Positions 36,806 through 46,938 of a stretch of DNA of 64,000 nt are shown in pieces. Within the stretch, counting starts at the first letter, position 1; each line of letters starts with the position of its first letter. Made by a program: the position numbers and the translations under genes. Source of the DNA: Candidatus Parcubacteria bacterium. GTDB lineage: Bacteria; Patescibacteriota; Patescibacteriia; UBA1558; GWA2-36-10. The notes beneath the pieces were generated by a model that made no database searches, had not been told where the DNA came from, and was given only the letters and a program-made list of their open reading frames with translations. Location: contig JABHSK010000001.1 of the NCBI GenBank assembly GCA_018669975.1, positions 88,394 through 152,393 of the forward strand. The letters are read 5' to 3'.

Positions 36806-37237
36806 TTAGTTTGATTGTTTATACTTTAAAAAATTTTCTATTGTTTTGTCATAGTCCTCTCCCAAATCCAGCTTTAAAGCTTCTTCTGGTTTTATCCAAA
36901 CATATTCTGTCAATTCATCTTTTTCTAAGACTACTTCTCCACCGTCAGACTGACAATAGATATCAAAATAAACAAAATGGGCTGGTCTTTCAAAATCTTT
37001 TGAATTAATCAATTCACCATAAGCAAAGGTAGCTATATACTTTACATCTAGACCAGTTTCTTCTTTTGCTTCACGAACCAGGGCATCTTTGATAGTTTCT
37101 CCTATTTCAACATGTCCACCTGGTAAAACCCATTTATCACTCCATTTTGGTGATTTAGCTAAAAGTATTTCACTCTTATTATTTTCAATAACAGATGAAC
37201 CTACTACTTCTATACCTTTGGGAAAAATTTTATTCAT
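36806..37237 (-). CDS. NUDIX hydrolase
   Basis: GGHVEIGETIKDALVREAKEETGL Nudix box. Confidence 0.92.
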   Translation of the reverse strand: MNKIFPKGIEVVGSSVIENNKSEILLAKSPKWSDKWVLPGGHVEIGETIKDALVREAKEETGLDVKYIATFAYGELINSKDFERPAHFVYFDIYCQSDGGEVVLEKDELTEYVWIKPEEALKLDLGEDYDKTIENFLKYKQSN

Positions 37238-37384
37238 AGTGTTTTTTAGTTTTTATGTATTCATTATATCAAAAAGCCCAGCAAATGCTAGGACTTAATG
37301 GTGGAGAGTACTGGATTGGTATGTTTTTGTCAAGAAAAAATAAACTTAACATTGACAAAACAAAAAACACCCAAAAGGGTGAAA

Positions 37385-37429
37385 TGGAGCCGTCACGCAG
37401 ACTTGAACTGCGGACCCCTTCCTTACCAT
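37385..37429 (-). tRNA. 3' half of tRNA-Thr(GGT); putative att site of the integrated element
   Basis: Minus strand ATGGTAA-GGAAG-GGGTC-CGCAG-TTCAAGT-CTGCG-TGACGGC-T-CCA gives anticodon loop, T arm, acceptor 3' strand and CCA; 5' half absent; next to the integrase. Confidence 0.85.
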
Positions 37430-37571
37430 AAATACACCTGGGGTATATTTATGATATTTGGTCTAATGTTAGCGCTAAATAGTAAGTTTATCGTATTTAA
37501 TTTATACCAGCCGGTGGACCTGTTTACCAACCAGGAGCTCCGAAAAATACTGCTCTATTATTGTATCAAAT

Positions 37572-38516
37572 CTAGAGCATATCGTCCATGTTCAAATCCT
37601 CTATATCACCTCTCATAGCATTACTAGGAATACAGCGTAAATAAGCCGCCGTCATACGTATATCTTTGTGTCCTAGAAGTTGTTTTATCTTCATAATATC
37701 TGAACCATTGTTAATCAAATTTATAGCAAAAGAATGCCTAAATCTATGAACATGAAATTTAACACCTGATTCCTCTACTATTTTAGTCACAGTATTTTTT
37801 AACCCATGCTCAGTAAACTTATTATCACTATTGTTTGATACAAAAAAATATTCTGTTTTATACCCTAGACTTTTACGCTCCTTTAAATAATCTTTTAAAA
37901 TGCTAATAAGCCTTCTGTTTAGAGGTATTACTCTGTTTATTTTTGATTTTGAAATCTCAGCCCTAACTGTCAATTCTTCTATATCAAAGTTAAAATCTAT
38001 TAACTTTAAGCCTAATAACTCACTTTTCCTTATTCCTGTGTATAAAAATAGATTAAAAATAGCCGTATTTCTCTTTCTTACCAAATTATTAATCCAATCT
38101 ATATTTATAACAATTGCTGAAAATATTTTATCCAGATCTTTTTTTTGGATAAATTTTTTGTCAGCATACTCTACATTTGGACACTTGATTTCTTTAAAAG
38201 GATTTTCCTTTATTTTCTTGTGTTTTTCCAGCCATACCATAAAAACATTTAACTTTGACCAATACGTAGCTGTTGTACTTCTTTTTATTCCAGTTTTAAT
38301 CTCTCCTCTACCAACTTCTCTTTCTCTTTGTTCTAGTCTTTTAAAAAATTTAACCATGGTTTCAGCTGATAAATCAGCCACTGTTACGCCAGGATTTAGT
38401 TTTAGAAATAAATTAAATGCGCCAACATAGCCTCTGATAGTAGTATCAGATAATTTACCGACATATTTACATTCTTCAATAAAATCTTGGTGTAAAAGTT
38501 TTAAATTTTTCTTCAT
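37572..38516 (-). CDS. Tyrosine recombinase/integrase
   Basis: LYTGIRKSEL (R), SK (K), HRFRHSFA (HxxR), LGHKDIRMTAAY (H, Y). Confidence 0.95.
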   Translation of the reverse strand: MKKNLKLLHQDFIEECKYVGKLSDTTIRGYVGAFNLFLKLNPGVTVADLSAETMVKFFKRLEQREREVGRGEIKTGIKRSTTATYWSKLNVFMVWLEKHKKIKENPFKEIKCPNVEYADKKFIQKKDLDKIFSAIVINIDWINNLVRKRNTAIFNLFLYTGIRKSELLGLKLIDFNFDIEELTVRAEISKSKINRVIPLNRRLISILKDYLKERKSLGYKTEYFFVSNNSDNKFTEHGLKNTVTKIVEESGVKFHVHRFRHSFAINLINNGSDIMKIKQLLGHKDIRMTAAYLRCIPSNAMRGDIEDLNMDDML

Positions 38517-38530
38517 ATAAGCTAATTTAA

Positions 38531-38890
38531 TTACTCACTAGTGTTAGATGTTTTTGTCTGCTTACTATTCTCTATCATTCCCTTGTATTTTCTACACCTA
38601 TACTCAAGATTTAAACACGTTCTACAGCCCAAAATATGGCTTATAGGGTGTTTATATAGCTTACCTACCCTTTTATTACACATAGGACATTTAAACCAAT
38701 ATCTCAGCCCCTTATAGTTAGTCTTACTAGTATCTAAATCAATATTTAAACCTTCTAATTCAAGCTGAGAATTGATAATTAGCTCTTTCATCCCCGCTCT
38801 AACTTGTTTTAAATAATTAGAAATATTTATCTGAACACACTGATCAACTATATATTTTTTTCCTAAATTATTTGGGTTCAATGTTCTCAT
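38531..38890 (-). CDS. Zinc-ribbon protein of the integrase module
   Basis: RYWFKCPMCNKRVGKLY...GCRTCLNLEY; start MRTLNP. Confidence 0.7.
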   Translation of the reverse strand: MRTLNPNNLGKKYIVDQCVQINISNYLKQVRAGMKELIINSQLELEGLNIDLDTSKTNYKGLRYWFKCPMCNKRVGKLYKHPISHILGCRTCLNLEYRCRKYKGMIENSKQTKTSNTSE

Positions 38891-39539
38891 TTTCTTGTGT
38901 TTGATGATTATTAAATTGTTGATTCTGAGCAATAAAAGCATTTTTAGTTTTAACATTAACTTTTAGCTCTGGTTGTTTCATCTGCCTTAATGTTTCTAGA
39001 GCGGTAATAAAATGTCTATTAGCCCTATCAACTTCTTTGCCCATAACAGATATATAGTTATTAAGGAGGGCTGTTGTGTAATCCTTACCCGATGAATTAA
39101 TCAATAGCTTTGTTAAAGATAAATTTCTAGCATAAGCGCCAATAACCATATCTACCAATGCTTTTTCACTATAAGTCTTACAATTATATTCTTTGATTAA
39201 CTCCCTTCTTAAATTGATTATCAACCCTCTATATCTTACCTCTACTGATTCAACCATTGATAAATTATTCTCTATTCCGTAATCAATATTAAATTGAGAT
39301 ATTAAGCTTATCTCTTCCTCAGTTAAATCTTTAATCTTTTTGCCCTCTATATTAAGTTTTGGCATTACACGCTTACTTAATTGATCTAGAGTATTTTTGG
39401 GGTCACAATCAGTGTACCCATATTTTAATAAAAAATCTTTGGTTTCTTTACATACTTCTTCATCGCCTATCTTTCTATCCCATTCTTCTAGTTCTTTCTT
39501 TTTACTAACAGATGATTGTTTAGTTTTGTTTTTTGACAT
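38868..39539 (-). CDS. Hypothetical protein of the mobile-element core
   Basis: 223-aa ORF overlapping its neighbours; C-terminal ALETLRQMKQPELKVNVKTKNAFIAQNQQ. Confidence 0.7.
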   Translation of the reverse strand: MSKNKTKQSSVSKKKELEEWDRKIGDEEVCKETKDFLLKYGYTDCDPKNTLDQLSKRVMPKLNIEGKKIKDLTEEEISLISQFNIDYGIENNLSMVESVEVRYRGLIINLRRELIKEYNCKTYSEKALVDMVIGAYARNLSLTKLLINSSGKDYTTALLNNYISVMGKEVDRANRHFITALETLRQMKQPELKVNVKTKNAFIAQNQQFNNHQTQENENIEPK

Positions 39540-39786
39540 ATCTTTGTCTTTCTAATCTTTTATTTATATATTTCAGCATATCACCTGACTTCTCATTTTC
39601 TTTTATAAAATAATCAAATAGAGCTTCCGTAACTCTCAAAGCCATAATATTTTCTTTTATATCAGATACTCCTAATCCAACTTCACTGTTTTCCCAATTT
39701 TTTATTACTTCTCTATGGCCCGCCATTATAAGGTCAGAGCTATCCTGTTTAATTTGCTCTATTGTTTCTTTTGATACATCTTTCAT
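39520..39786 (-). CDS. Hypothetical protein
   Basis: Operon-like overlap with neighbours. Confidence 0.55.
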   Translation of the reverse strand: MKDVSKETIEQIKQDSSDLIMAGHREVIKNWENSEVGLGVSDIKENIMALRVTEALFDYFIKENEKSGDMLKYINKRLERQRYVKKQN

Positions 39787-39801
39787 AGTTTTATTATTTA
39801 A

Positions 39802-40182
39802 TTATAATTCTTTTTCTAATTGCTCTAAGGACATAATATCAATTCCTTTCATCTTGTCTTCATGTTGCTGGTCTTTAAATTCCCTTATCGCCTTAGACCA
39901 TTTATCATATTGTATAGGGCAAGCAGAGACTTCAAGATATATTCCCCTACTTAAATCTGCTTTTGCTTCTTGAAATTGGGCATTTATTTCTTCTCTGCTC
40001 CCATAGAAGCGAACATCTAGCAAAATATCATTTCCTTTATTTGGTTTATAAAGAAATCCGATCAATTTTGTTTTGATATATTGAATATCATCTTTAATAC
40101 AAATGGCGTCTTTCGCTACAAGTAATTTTTCTTCCCAGCCTATTGAATATTTTTCTTTAAATTTAAGTATTTCGTCTTCCAT
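39802..40182 (-). CDS. Hypothetical protein
   Basis: Operon-like overlap with the replication gene. Confidence 0.55.
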   Translation of the reverse strand: MEDEILKFKEKYSIGWEEKLLVAKDAICIKDDIQYIKTKLIGFLYKPNKGNDILLDVRFYGSREEINAQFQEAKADLSRGIYLEVSACPIQYDKWSKAIREFKDQQHEDKMKGIDIMSLEQLEKEL

Positions 40183-40891
40183 ATTTCTGTATTAATCTAT
40201 TATTTAAATCTTCTATTTCTTCTTGTTCTGATTTAGGTTTATTCTTTAGCCGAGCAGTTATTTTATCTATTTTCCTATAAAGAGCGCTGGGGCTTTCAAT
40301 TATATACGGATATTCTTCAAAACTATTAGCTTGTTTGGCAAACTCAAGAAGCTTGGTCTTATCCCCAAACCTTTTAAGGAGTTTCTCAATATCTTTGTAG
40401 AGTGATTTATTATAGGAAACCCTATAATCAAATACTAAAGAAAGTTGTAATAGAATGTTGTTATATAATATATTATTGTCATTATTATCATTCTTGTTTA
40501 TCGGAGTGCTTCTCTGATGCTTCTCTGGTGCTTCTCTGGTGACATCTGTAGTGCTTTTGATGTCATAATAGTAGTTATTAAGTGTCTGAAAATAGTCATA
40601 TTTGAGGACTTTAATGGTAACGCCTCTAGTGCTTCTTACAGTGCTTACCATTCCCATATCCTTTAACCAACGTATACATTTCTTTATTTGGTCTGGTGTA
40701 GCCTTTGTAGATTCTTGAATCCAACTGTACTTCATAAAGCCATAACCTCTTTTAAACTGTTTAACATCCTTGTGGTTTACCCGATTCACTATATAAAACC
40801 AAATCTTAAACCATTTATCAGGTTTGTTATAAAAAATATCACTTTCACTTGTTTTTCTTGCCCAGATCGTGGCCCCACCTTTAATTTTCAT
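40163..40891 (-). CDS. Phage-type replication initiator/replisome organizer (N-terminal wHTH)
   Basis: GATIWARK..ESDIF..FKIWFYIVNRVNHKD..IKKCIRWLKDMGMV..TIKVLKYDYFQ followed by a low-complexity NKNDNNDNN linker. Confidence 0.7.
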   Translation of the reverse strand: MKIKGGATIWARKTSESDIFYNKPDKWFKIWFYIVNRVNHKDVKQFKRGYGFMKYSWIQESTKATPDQIKKCIRWLKDMGMVSTVRSTRGVTIKVLKYDYFQTLNNYYYDIKSTTDVTREAPEKHQRSTPINKNDNNDNNILYNNILLQLSLVFDYRVSYNKSLYKDIEKLLKRFGDKTKLLEFAKQANSFEEYPYIIESPSALYRKIDKITARLKNKPKSEQEEIEDLNNRLIQKYGRRNT

Positions 40892-40902
40892 ATAAATTTA
40901 AT

Positions 40903-41145
40903 TTACTTTTTATTAGAAAAGAGCATCTGCCGCAAAGTCTTTAAAGCTTCATCATAATCCTTGATATTCCCCTTAAGATCACCATTGATGAAAGCTGTTA
41001 ATGTTTCTTGAGCTGCCCCATTATCGCTAAAAATGAACCACCCTACGCCATCCTCCCAAATAACATCTATTAGCTTATAATTTTGTGATTTAAGTAATGC
41101 TGAGTAACTAAGGTCTTTAAGTCTCAGATCTTTTTTCTTCTTCAT
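40903..41145 (-). CDS. DUF5659-like small protein
   Basis: DLSYSALL...FIF...FINGDL...YDEALKTLRQML pattern. Confidence 0.55.
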   Translation of the reverse strand: MKKKKDLRLKDLSYSALLKSQNYKLIDVIWEDGVGWFIFSDNGAAQETLTAFINGDLKGNIKDYDEALKTLRQMLFSNKK

Positions 41146-41394
41146 TTTTTTCTATATTACTATTTAAATCTTCGACGCGAAGCAACTGGGACAAAGCTAA
41201 AAATATAAGCCTCTCTCTATCTTCAGGCTTTTTATTAGATTCTATATATTGTGTTTGAAATTCGTTCATAAAAAATTAAGCTTCTTTATATTATGAACTT
41301 TACAGCACCTAAAAGAATATGTTGAATAAAGAAAAATACAAAAAAAGCGGCTAATATAAGCCACTTAAAATTCGCTATCCACTCTACCTATTTT

Positions 41395-42195
41395 TTATTC
41401 TATTAATTCTAAATTTAAACTAAATGCTTTACCTTTTTGTTCTGGTATAATCAATTGATTATAGCCTGTTCTATCATTAATATCTTTTTTTAATTCCGAC
41501 AATTTGCCTTTCCAAGAAGGACAATGTTGTTGTACATATTTATTTGCTTTATGGTTATAATAAATATTATCTTCATTATAATTTTTGAATATATATTCTG
41601 CTAACCTACATTTAGCAGCACCTCTCTTAAAAGACATCTTTTTGTTAGCTTTAGTTATAACTGTGTAATAATCTTCAGTCTCTTTAATTTTAAAAGGTAA
41701 TGATTCATCTTTATCCATTTTTTCAAGGCTATCCATTATGAGATTGTGAAGCTTTTGTATATTATAGAGGTCATCTTTCAACTCCTTCTCCGAAAAACTG
41801 GAAAAACTTTGGGTAGAAAGAGCAGACTCAAATTCTTTCTTTGTTTCCTCTACTTCATCAATAACCACTTCTTTAAGTGTCTTAAAGTATGCCTTATATA
41901 ACCCTAGCTCCTTTTCTAAACTTTTTGACATAAATGAAGGGGGTTGTGGCTTGCTCTTTCTATCGATAGCCCTAGCTAACTCGCCACCCATATAGAACCT
42001 TAATAATAATTCTAGGGTGGCTTTATATATTTGACCATCAAAAAAAAGTTTTTGAATTATATCACCAGTAATTTTGTTCCTACAAATATAGTCTATATAA
42101 TCACTTTCAATAAAAACGAAATAATAAGTATCATCTTTATATTCTTTTAGTGCTTGAAAACGTCTTTCTAGACTTTCTTTTGTTAAATTATTCAT
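41395..42195 (-). CDS. Hypothetical protein, possible C-terminal winged-helix regulator
   Basis: 266-aa ORF heading the core module; C-terminal LKKDINDR...FSLN wing-like end. Confidence 0.5.
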   Translation of the reverse strand: MNNLTKESLERRFQALKEYKDDTYYFVFIESDYIDYICRNKITGDIIQKLFFDGQIYKATLELLLRFYMGGELARAIDRKSKPQPPSFMSKSLEKELGLYKAYFKTLKEVVIDEVEETKKEFESALSTQSFSSFSEKELKDDLYNIQKLHNLIMDSLEKMDKDESLPFKIKETEDYYTVITKANKKMSFKRGAAKCRLAEYIFKNYNEDNIYYNHKANKYVQQHCPSWKGKLSELKKDINDRTGYNQLIIPEQKGKAFSLNLELIE

Positions 42196-42287
42196 ATCAT
42201 TTACATATAATTTACCTTAATCCTATATTTTATTCACAAATTGGTCAAACTAAAAAACCACCCTATTAAGGGTGGCTTTTATGGTAT

Positions 42288-43745
42288 TTAATATTTATAC
42301 TCAATATTTTGAATATTCTGTATAATACCCTGATTAGCATAAACACCTTGTTGTACCCACGTTGGCTGACCTAAAACACAAAGAGTATCATTGATTTCTG
42401 CTAAAGCGAGTCCACCAGAATTTCCAGCATCTATTGAGGTAGTGGTGAAATATTCAGTATAAGGAAGGCTGGCGTGTACATTTAGATAGCCACTTATAAT
42501 ACCTGTTGTAATAATTTTAGAGACCTGTGGTATTGGGATTGGTATACCCTCTTTTATCTTACTAGTCATACCAGAGGCAGGATAACCAATAACGAATACA
42601 TTAGTAACCATTGGTGTAGATTCTTGGCAATAAGAAGTAGAAGAGAGACTAACTATGTAATTAAGTTCAGAAATTTCAGCAAATTGTGCGTGTATGCTTT
42701 CTAAGATTTCAGGGGTGTCGGTTATATAGTGTCGTTTTTCCATAAGTTCTAATAAGGCAAAATCGGTATAGTCATTGAACTTAGAATATGAGGGTCCATC
42801 GGTACGGTACCATCCAATAATCTTGTTGTCTGCTGTATAGACACCAGCATTACAGTGAGAAAAATCAGGATCATCTATTACGTGGTGATTTGTTGCGACG
42901 AAATATTTAATAGGTCCAGTTGTTTCTATCTTAGTCTTATAAAGATACCCACTGCCATTACCAAACTCTTCTTCGCCAGTAGTAGTATCACGGTAGCATT
43001 CAAGGCGAACAACAGCTGACAGAAAATCATTAACTGTTAATTTTTGATTAGTATTAACGGTGGTTTGTGGTTGAGATGATTTATAGTTAACAGTCGTTAA
43101 TGTATTTATTTTACCTGAAAGAGCAGGGCCTAAAGGGTAAGTAGATATAGTATCTAACTCTAAAATATTGTCAGCTGTGAGATTATTGTAACTGAGAGAG
43201 TTAACATCAAAAGCACGTCGTTTACCCTCTTCAATATAGTAATAAGTATTTCCAGTTTTTACGACAGTTCCCGTAGGTAGTGTATTACTTAATTCTGGAC
43301 CAATAGTGTAGCTAACACTAAAAAACCCCGGTAAAACATCTTGGACTAGGGTGTACCAAGTAGGGCCATAGAGATTTTCAGCTGTCTGTGCATCCTTTAA
43401 CCAACGAATGATACCACCAGGCTCCACACCGTAAATTTTAGCTGTATCTGAATGAGTGATAAGTCTTACTCCTCCACGATAGGGAACTGTTCCACCATCT
43501 GGGTATTCATCTAATACACTTAAACTTACTTTTTTCACATTGTCAAAGTTTTCATACCAAGTAAAATAGGTTTTACTGTCTGGAAAAATATACTTTTTTC
43601 CGTCAGAGCCTATATAATAGACAGTAGCTGCTTCCACTCCCTCTCTAGCAATAAGAGCTCCCGCTGAATAAGTTGCTGCTTCTACTTTATAGAAATTAGG
43701 AAGTACTAATAGTAGAAACAGACTAATAATAAACAATTTTTTCAT
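42288..43745 (-). CDS. Exported trypsin-like serine protease with CPR-type N-terminal surface repeats
   Basis: Signal peptide; VYYIGSDGKKYIFPDSKTYFTWY repeat; ATNHHV (His), DFALL (Asp), GNSGG (Ser). Confidence 0.85.
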   Translation of the reverse strand: MKKLFIISLFLLLVLPNFYKVEAATYSAGALIAREGVEAATVYYIGSDGKKYIFPDSKTYFTWYENFDNVKKVSLSVLDEYPDGGTVPYRGGVRLITHSDTAKIYGVEPGGIIRWLKDAQTAENLYGPTWYTLVQDVLPGFFSVSYTIGPELSNTLPTGTVVKTGNTYYYIEEGKRRAFDVNSLSYNNLTADNILELDTISTYPLGPALSGKINTLTTVNYKSSQPQTTVNTNQKLTVNDFLSAVVRLECYRDTTTGEEEFGNGSGYLYKTKIETTGPIKYFVATNHHVIDDPDFSHCNAGVYTADNKIIGWYRTDGPSYSKFNDYTDFALLELMEKRHYITDTPEILESIHAQFAEISELNYIVSLSSTSYCQESTPMVTNVFVIGYPASGMTSKIKEGIPIPIPQVSKIITTGIISGYLNVHASLPYTEYFTTTSIDAGNSGGLALAEINDTLCVLGQPTWVQQGVYANQGIIQNIQNIEYKY

Positions 43746-43945
43746 AGATTTAATTTAAATTTTAATATCTTTAGTATAACAAAAAACTGCTTGTTTATAA
43801 AGCAGTTTTTTATCAGGGGCAATATATAAATGAACTATAATAATAATTCTATTTCATGCCTTAAAAGTGTGGGTTGGTGTCCCTAATACCAATTAATTAG
43901 AGTACACAAAAACCACCCGTTAAGAGTGGTCTTTGTTAAAATAAA

Positions 43946-44221
43946 TTAAAGTCTAATTAACCAAATATCATTATATCCAAAACCATATGACTCTGTGTTT
44001 GCAACTACAACATACCCACCATCTGTGGTTTGTAGTATAGCCTCTCCTTTATCACGTGGCGCCTCACCATAAGCTTGATTCCATTCCTCTATACCATTAG
44101 AGTCTGTTTTTATAACTAGCACATCATAAGTGTTCCCAAGTTCTGAAAAAATTCCACCGGTCATAACATAACCACCGTCCGTAGTTTGTTGTACAAATTC
44201 ACACTCTGCGTGTTCGCCCAT
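43946..44221 (-). pseudogene. Fragment of a beta-propeller protein (QTTDGGY repeats)
   Basis: Only two blades (QQTTDGGYVMTG, LQTTDGGYVVVA); no signal peptide. Confidence 0.55.
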
Positions 44222-44524
44222 ACCAAATATTTGATGCCCTACATCAACTCCAGACGAGAGCTAAATTGATTTGTTTTGATATGAATAGACCCCCATACCC
44301 CGATTTTGTTTTAAAAAAATATTTGCCCACCCCTTCAAAAATTTATACTATTTTTTAAAATGAGTTTAAAAACATACTTAATATATATTAAATCTACTAA
44401 TCTTTTATTTTAAAATCATAACTCTTACCAACTCCCTTTCCTTTACCAAATTTTCTTAAAACAAAACTTTTTTACCTATTATTATTCTGATATATCCGAA
44501 TCCTTACAACCATTGACACAATGA

Positions 44525-44686
44525 TTAAAAGTAATAATATTCCTCGTCCTCTTCTTCTTTCTCTGGTTCTACCTCATATCCCATAGCTATTGCAATTTCT
44601 CTACATTCCTGTTTACATTGATCGCAAAAGTCTTCGTGGCTATGATTATTTAGGCTCCACCTCTTACATTCTTTACACTGTTTCAT
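44525..44686 (-). CDS. Small Cys-rich protein (53 aa), absent from the ORF track
   Basis: Manual translation MKQCKECKRW...FCDQCKQEC...EEYYYF; two CxxC motifs. Confidence 0.55.
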   Translation of the reverse strand: MKQCKECKRWSLNNHSHEDFCDQCKQECREIAIAMGYEVEPEKEEEDEEYYYF

Positions 44687-44740
44687 ACTAATTTATTACT
44701 AACCCCTCACTTCTTTCCAATACTTCAATTTATTTTAATA

Positions 44741-45274
44741 TTATCTCCAACTAATTTCTTTTATCTCATCTCCTACTATTATAAATACAAAAGATGAATT
44801 GTCACTAACAACATCAATATTTATATTATCTGGTAACTTATCTAATATATACTCTGAAAAAAAATCTTTATAGTTTAAATCTTTTGGATATGATCGTAGA
44901 TACCACTCTGCACATGGTCCATTATCATAACACCGTGGACTAACTTCAATTATAGAACTGGGAAATTCATAATAATAGTGAATCCATGTTTTATCCTCCT
45001 CATCTTTTTCTGTTGGTTCGCCAAAAATATCTTCTACTGGTCCTATTTCTGTTATAGGCTCAAAATAATGGAACATATCCTCTTTTATTTTCCGCATCAA
45101 CTGTGAATTGTTATTAACTCTAATTATAGCTGTGTTCTTGTGTATTAAAATATCTTCAATGCCATCTTTATTTATTTTAATAACTTTTGTTCTTTGAGTG
45201 TAAAAGAAAAACACACCACCAAAAATAATTATAATGACTAATATCAAAAATTCTATTTTATATATATTTTTCAT
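44741..45274 (-). CDS. Membrane-anchored hypothetical protein, paralog A
   Basis: N-terminal TM helix; closely similar to 46464-46928. Confidence 0.7.
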   Translation of the reverse strand: MKNIYKIEFLILVIIIIFGGVFFFYTQRTKVIKINKDGIEDILIHKNTAIIRVNNNSQLMRKIKEDMFHYFEPITEIGPVEDIFGEPTEKDEEDKTWIHYYYEFPSSIIEVSPRCYDNGPCAEWYLRSYPKDLNYKDFFSEYILDKLPDNINIDVVSDNSSFVFIIVGDEIKEISWR

Positions 45275-45289
45275 ATATTTGTTTGATAC

Positions 45290-45460
45290 TTATTTTTTTT
45301 CTTTGGTTTTAGTTGCACCTATTACAATTAACCATAATATGCCGAGTGGTATTAGGCCTAATTCAATATTTTTGCTAGATAAAAGCCATGCATAAACAAG
45401 AATATAAATTATAGTCACTAGTATTAAATACAAAATTCTTTTAAAACTTGGTTTTTTCAT
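45290..45460 (-). CDS. Small two-helix membrane protein (56 aa)
   Basis: Manual translation MKKPSFKRILYLILVTIIYILVYAWLL...GILWLIVIGATKTKEKK. Confidence 0.5.
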   Translation of the reverse strand: MKKPSFKRILYLILVTIIYILVYAWLLSSKNIELGLIPLGILWLIVIGATKTKEKK

Positions 45461-45578
45461 ATAATTGATTTAATTATTTTTCTTTAACTCTTTATACCAT
45501 TGATTAGATGTTGTTAATCCTTATATTTAGTGGGCTTATATATAAATATAGCTGTGTATACACACCTGGATCTTATAA

Positions 45579-46259
45579 TCATTTAAACTCATCATCAATT
45601 CTATATTTCAAACTGCCATATTTAACTTTTGTTTCTAAAATAATATGAGGCCCACCCTTTTTTTTAAATTCTTCTTCATCAGATTCTTCTTTATCAGATT
45701 CAATAAATAATCCTTCGTATATGTGTGCTTGAATTATATCTCCTTTTTTTAAATTTTGTTTTATTTCAAGAGCACCCCCATAACTGCTTGTGCACAAAAA
45801 AACATCTTTTTTTTGAAATGGACTAATCTTATTATATAAAATTTTATTATTAATTTTAATAAGAACCTCACCTTGTTGTTGCATTCTTATTTTTTCATTC
45901 GAAGTATCAAAAAAATTGGGAATACTGGTAGCTTTAACAATGATACAGCTCCCTTTTTTTGGTACACATTTTACATTTAAGCTCCACCCTGCCTTATAAT
46001 TTTTTTTATATAGTTCTTTTATCTTACTTGTTAATCTTACTAGCTTTATACAATCATCAGAAAATAGAAGTATCAAAGAGCCTATACCTATAAAAAAAAT
46101 ATATGTAATAGCTAAACCTACTGGAAGGCCAATAAATATTGCAAACATTGCATCTTTGTCAATTGTATAAAATACTAAAGTAATTATAGCAATCAAGGAT
46201 AAATACCTAAAATATTGATTAAAGGCCTTTGATAAAGAATTTTTACTATTATCAGACAT
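45579..46259 (-). CDS. Hypothetical membrane protein
   Basis: Two N-terminal TM helices plus a soluble domain. Confidence 0.6.
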   Translation of the reverse strand: MSDNSKNSLSKAFNQYFRYLSLIAIITLVFYTIDKDAMFAIFIGLPVGLAITYIFFIGIGSLILLFSDDCIKLVRLTSKIKELYKKNYKAGWSLNVKCVPKKGSCIIVKATSIPNFFDTSNEKIRMQQQGEVLIKINNKILYNKISPFQKKDVFLCTSSYGGALEIKQNLKKGDIIQAHIYEGLFIESDKEESDEEEFKKKGGPHIILETKVKYGSLKYRIDDEFK

Positions 46260-46463
46260 TAATTTATATTAAATTATTTTTCTATCTTTATAACCTCTAG
46301 GGTTGGTATATATACTTTACTTACTTTGTTTAGGGTAGTTTAGTGGCAATTTCACTAGTATCCTTGCAAGTACGAACTATATCACCTATTGCGGGCAATA
46401 ATGGTGTAGGAGGACTTAAAGCATGAGTTTTAGTATCTATATCAGCATCAGCAAGTAAATTCA

Positions 46464-46928
46464 TCAATAAAACAAAAACGTCGCCTGTGTAGATAGTTTT
46501 AATAGGTATTCTAAGTAAAGGAAGACCAGAAAGTAGCTTAAATCTTTGGGATAAGAATACAAATGCCACTCAGCACATGGTTCATTGTCATAGCATAAAG
46601 AATAAACACCTACTGTAGAGTTAGGAAAATCATAATAAAACTCTGGGAACGTCTCATCAACCTCATCTGCAGTGCCGAAGATGTCCTCTATTAATTCCCT
46701 CTTTGTAATTGGTTCAAAAGAATGAAATAAATCTTCTTTTATTTTTCTTATCAACTCGGAATTATCATCAGCTTTAATAATAGCTGTGTTGCCATGTATT
46801 AAAATACTCTCGATGCCATCTTTATTTATTTTAATAACATCTGTTCTTTGAGTATAAAAGAAAAACATGCCACCTAATATTATTATAATAGCTAATATGA
46901 AAAATTCTATTTTGTATACCCTCTTCAT
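46464..46928 (-). CDS. Membrane-anchored hypothetical protein, paralog B, with replaced C-terminus
   Basis: Matches paralog A up to YPKDL, then diverges abruptly. Confidence 0.6.
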   Translation of the reverse strand: MKRVYKIEFFILAIIIILGGMFFFYTQRTDVIKINKDGIESILIHGNTAIIKADDNSELIRKIKEDLFHSFEPITKRELIEDIFGTADEVDETFPEFYYDFPNSTVGVYSLCYDNEPCAEWHLYSYPKDLSYFLVFLYLEYLLKLSTQATFLFY

Positions 46929-46938
46929 TGTGTTGTAT

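Noticed and set aside
37385-37571. Intact or intron-containing tRNA-Thr
   Set aside because: No 5' half (GCCGTCA...CTTCC) is visible nearby; an att remnant next to the integrase is simpler.
37298-37618. 106-aa plus-strand ORF
   Set aside because: Spans the tRNA fragment and integrase end; WSRHADLNCGP is the typical antisense translation of a tRNA.
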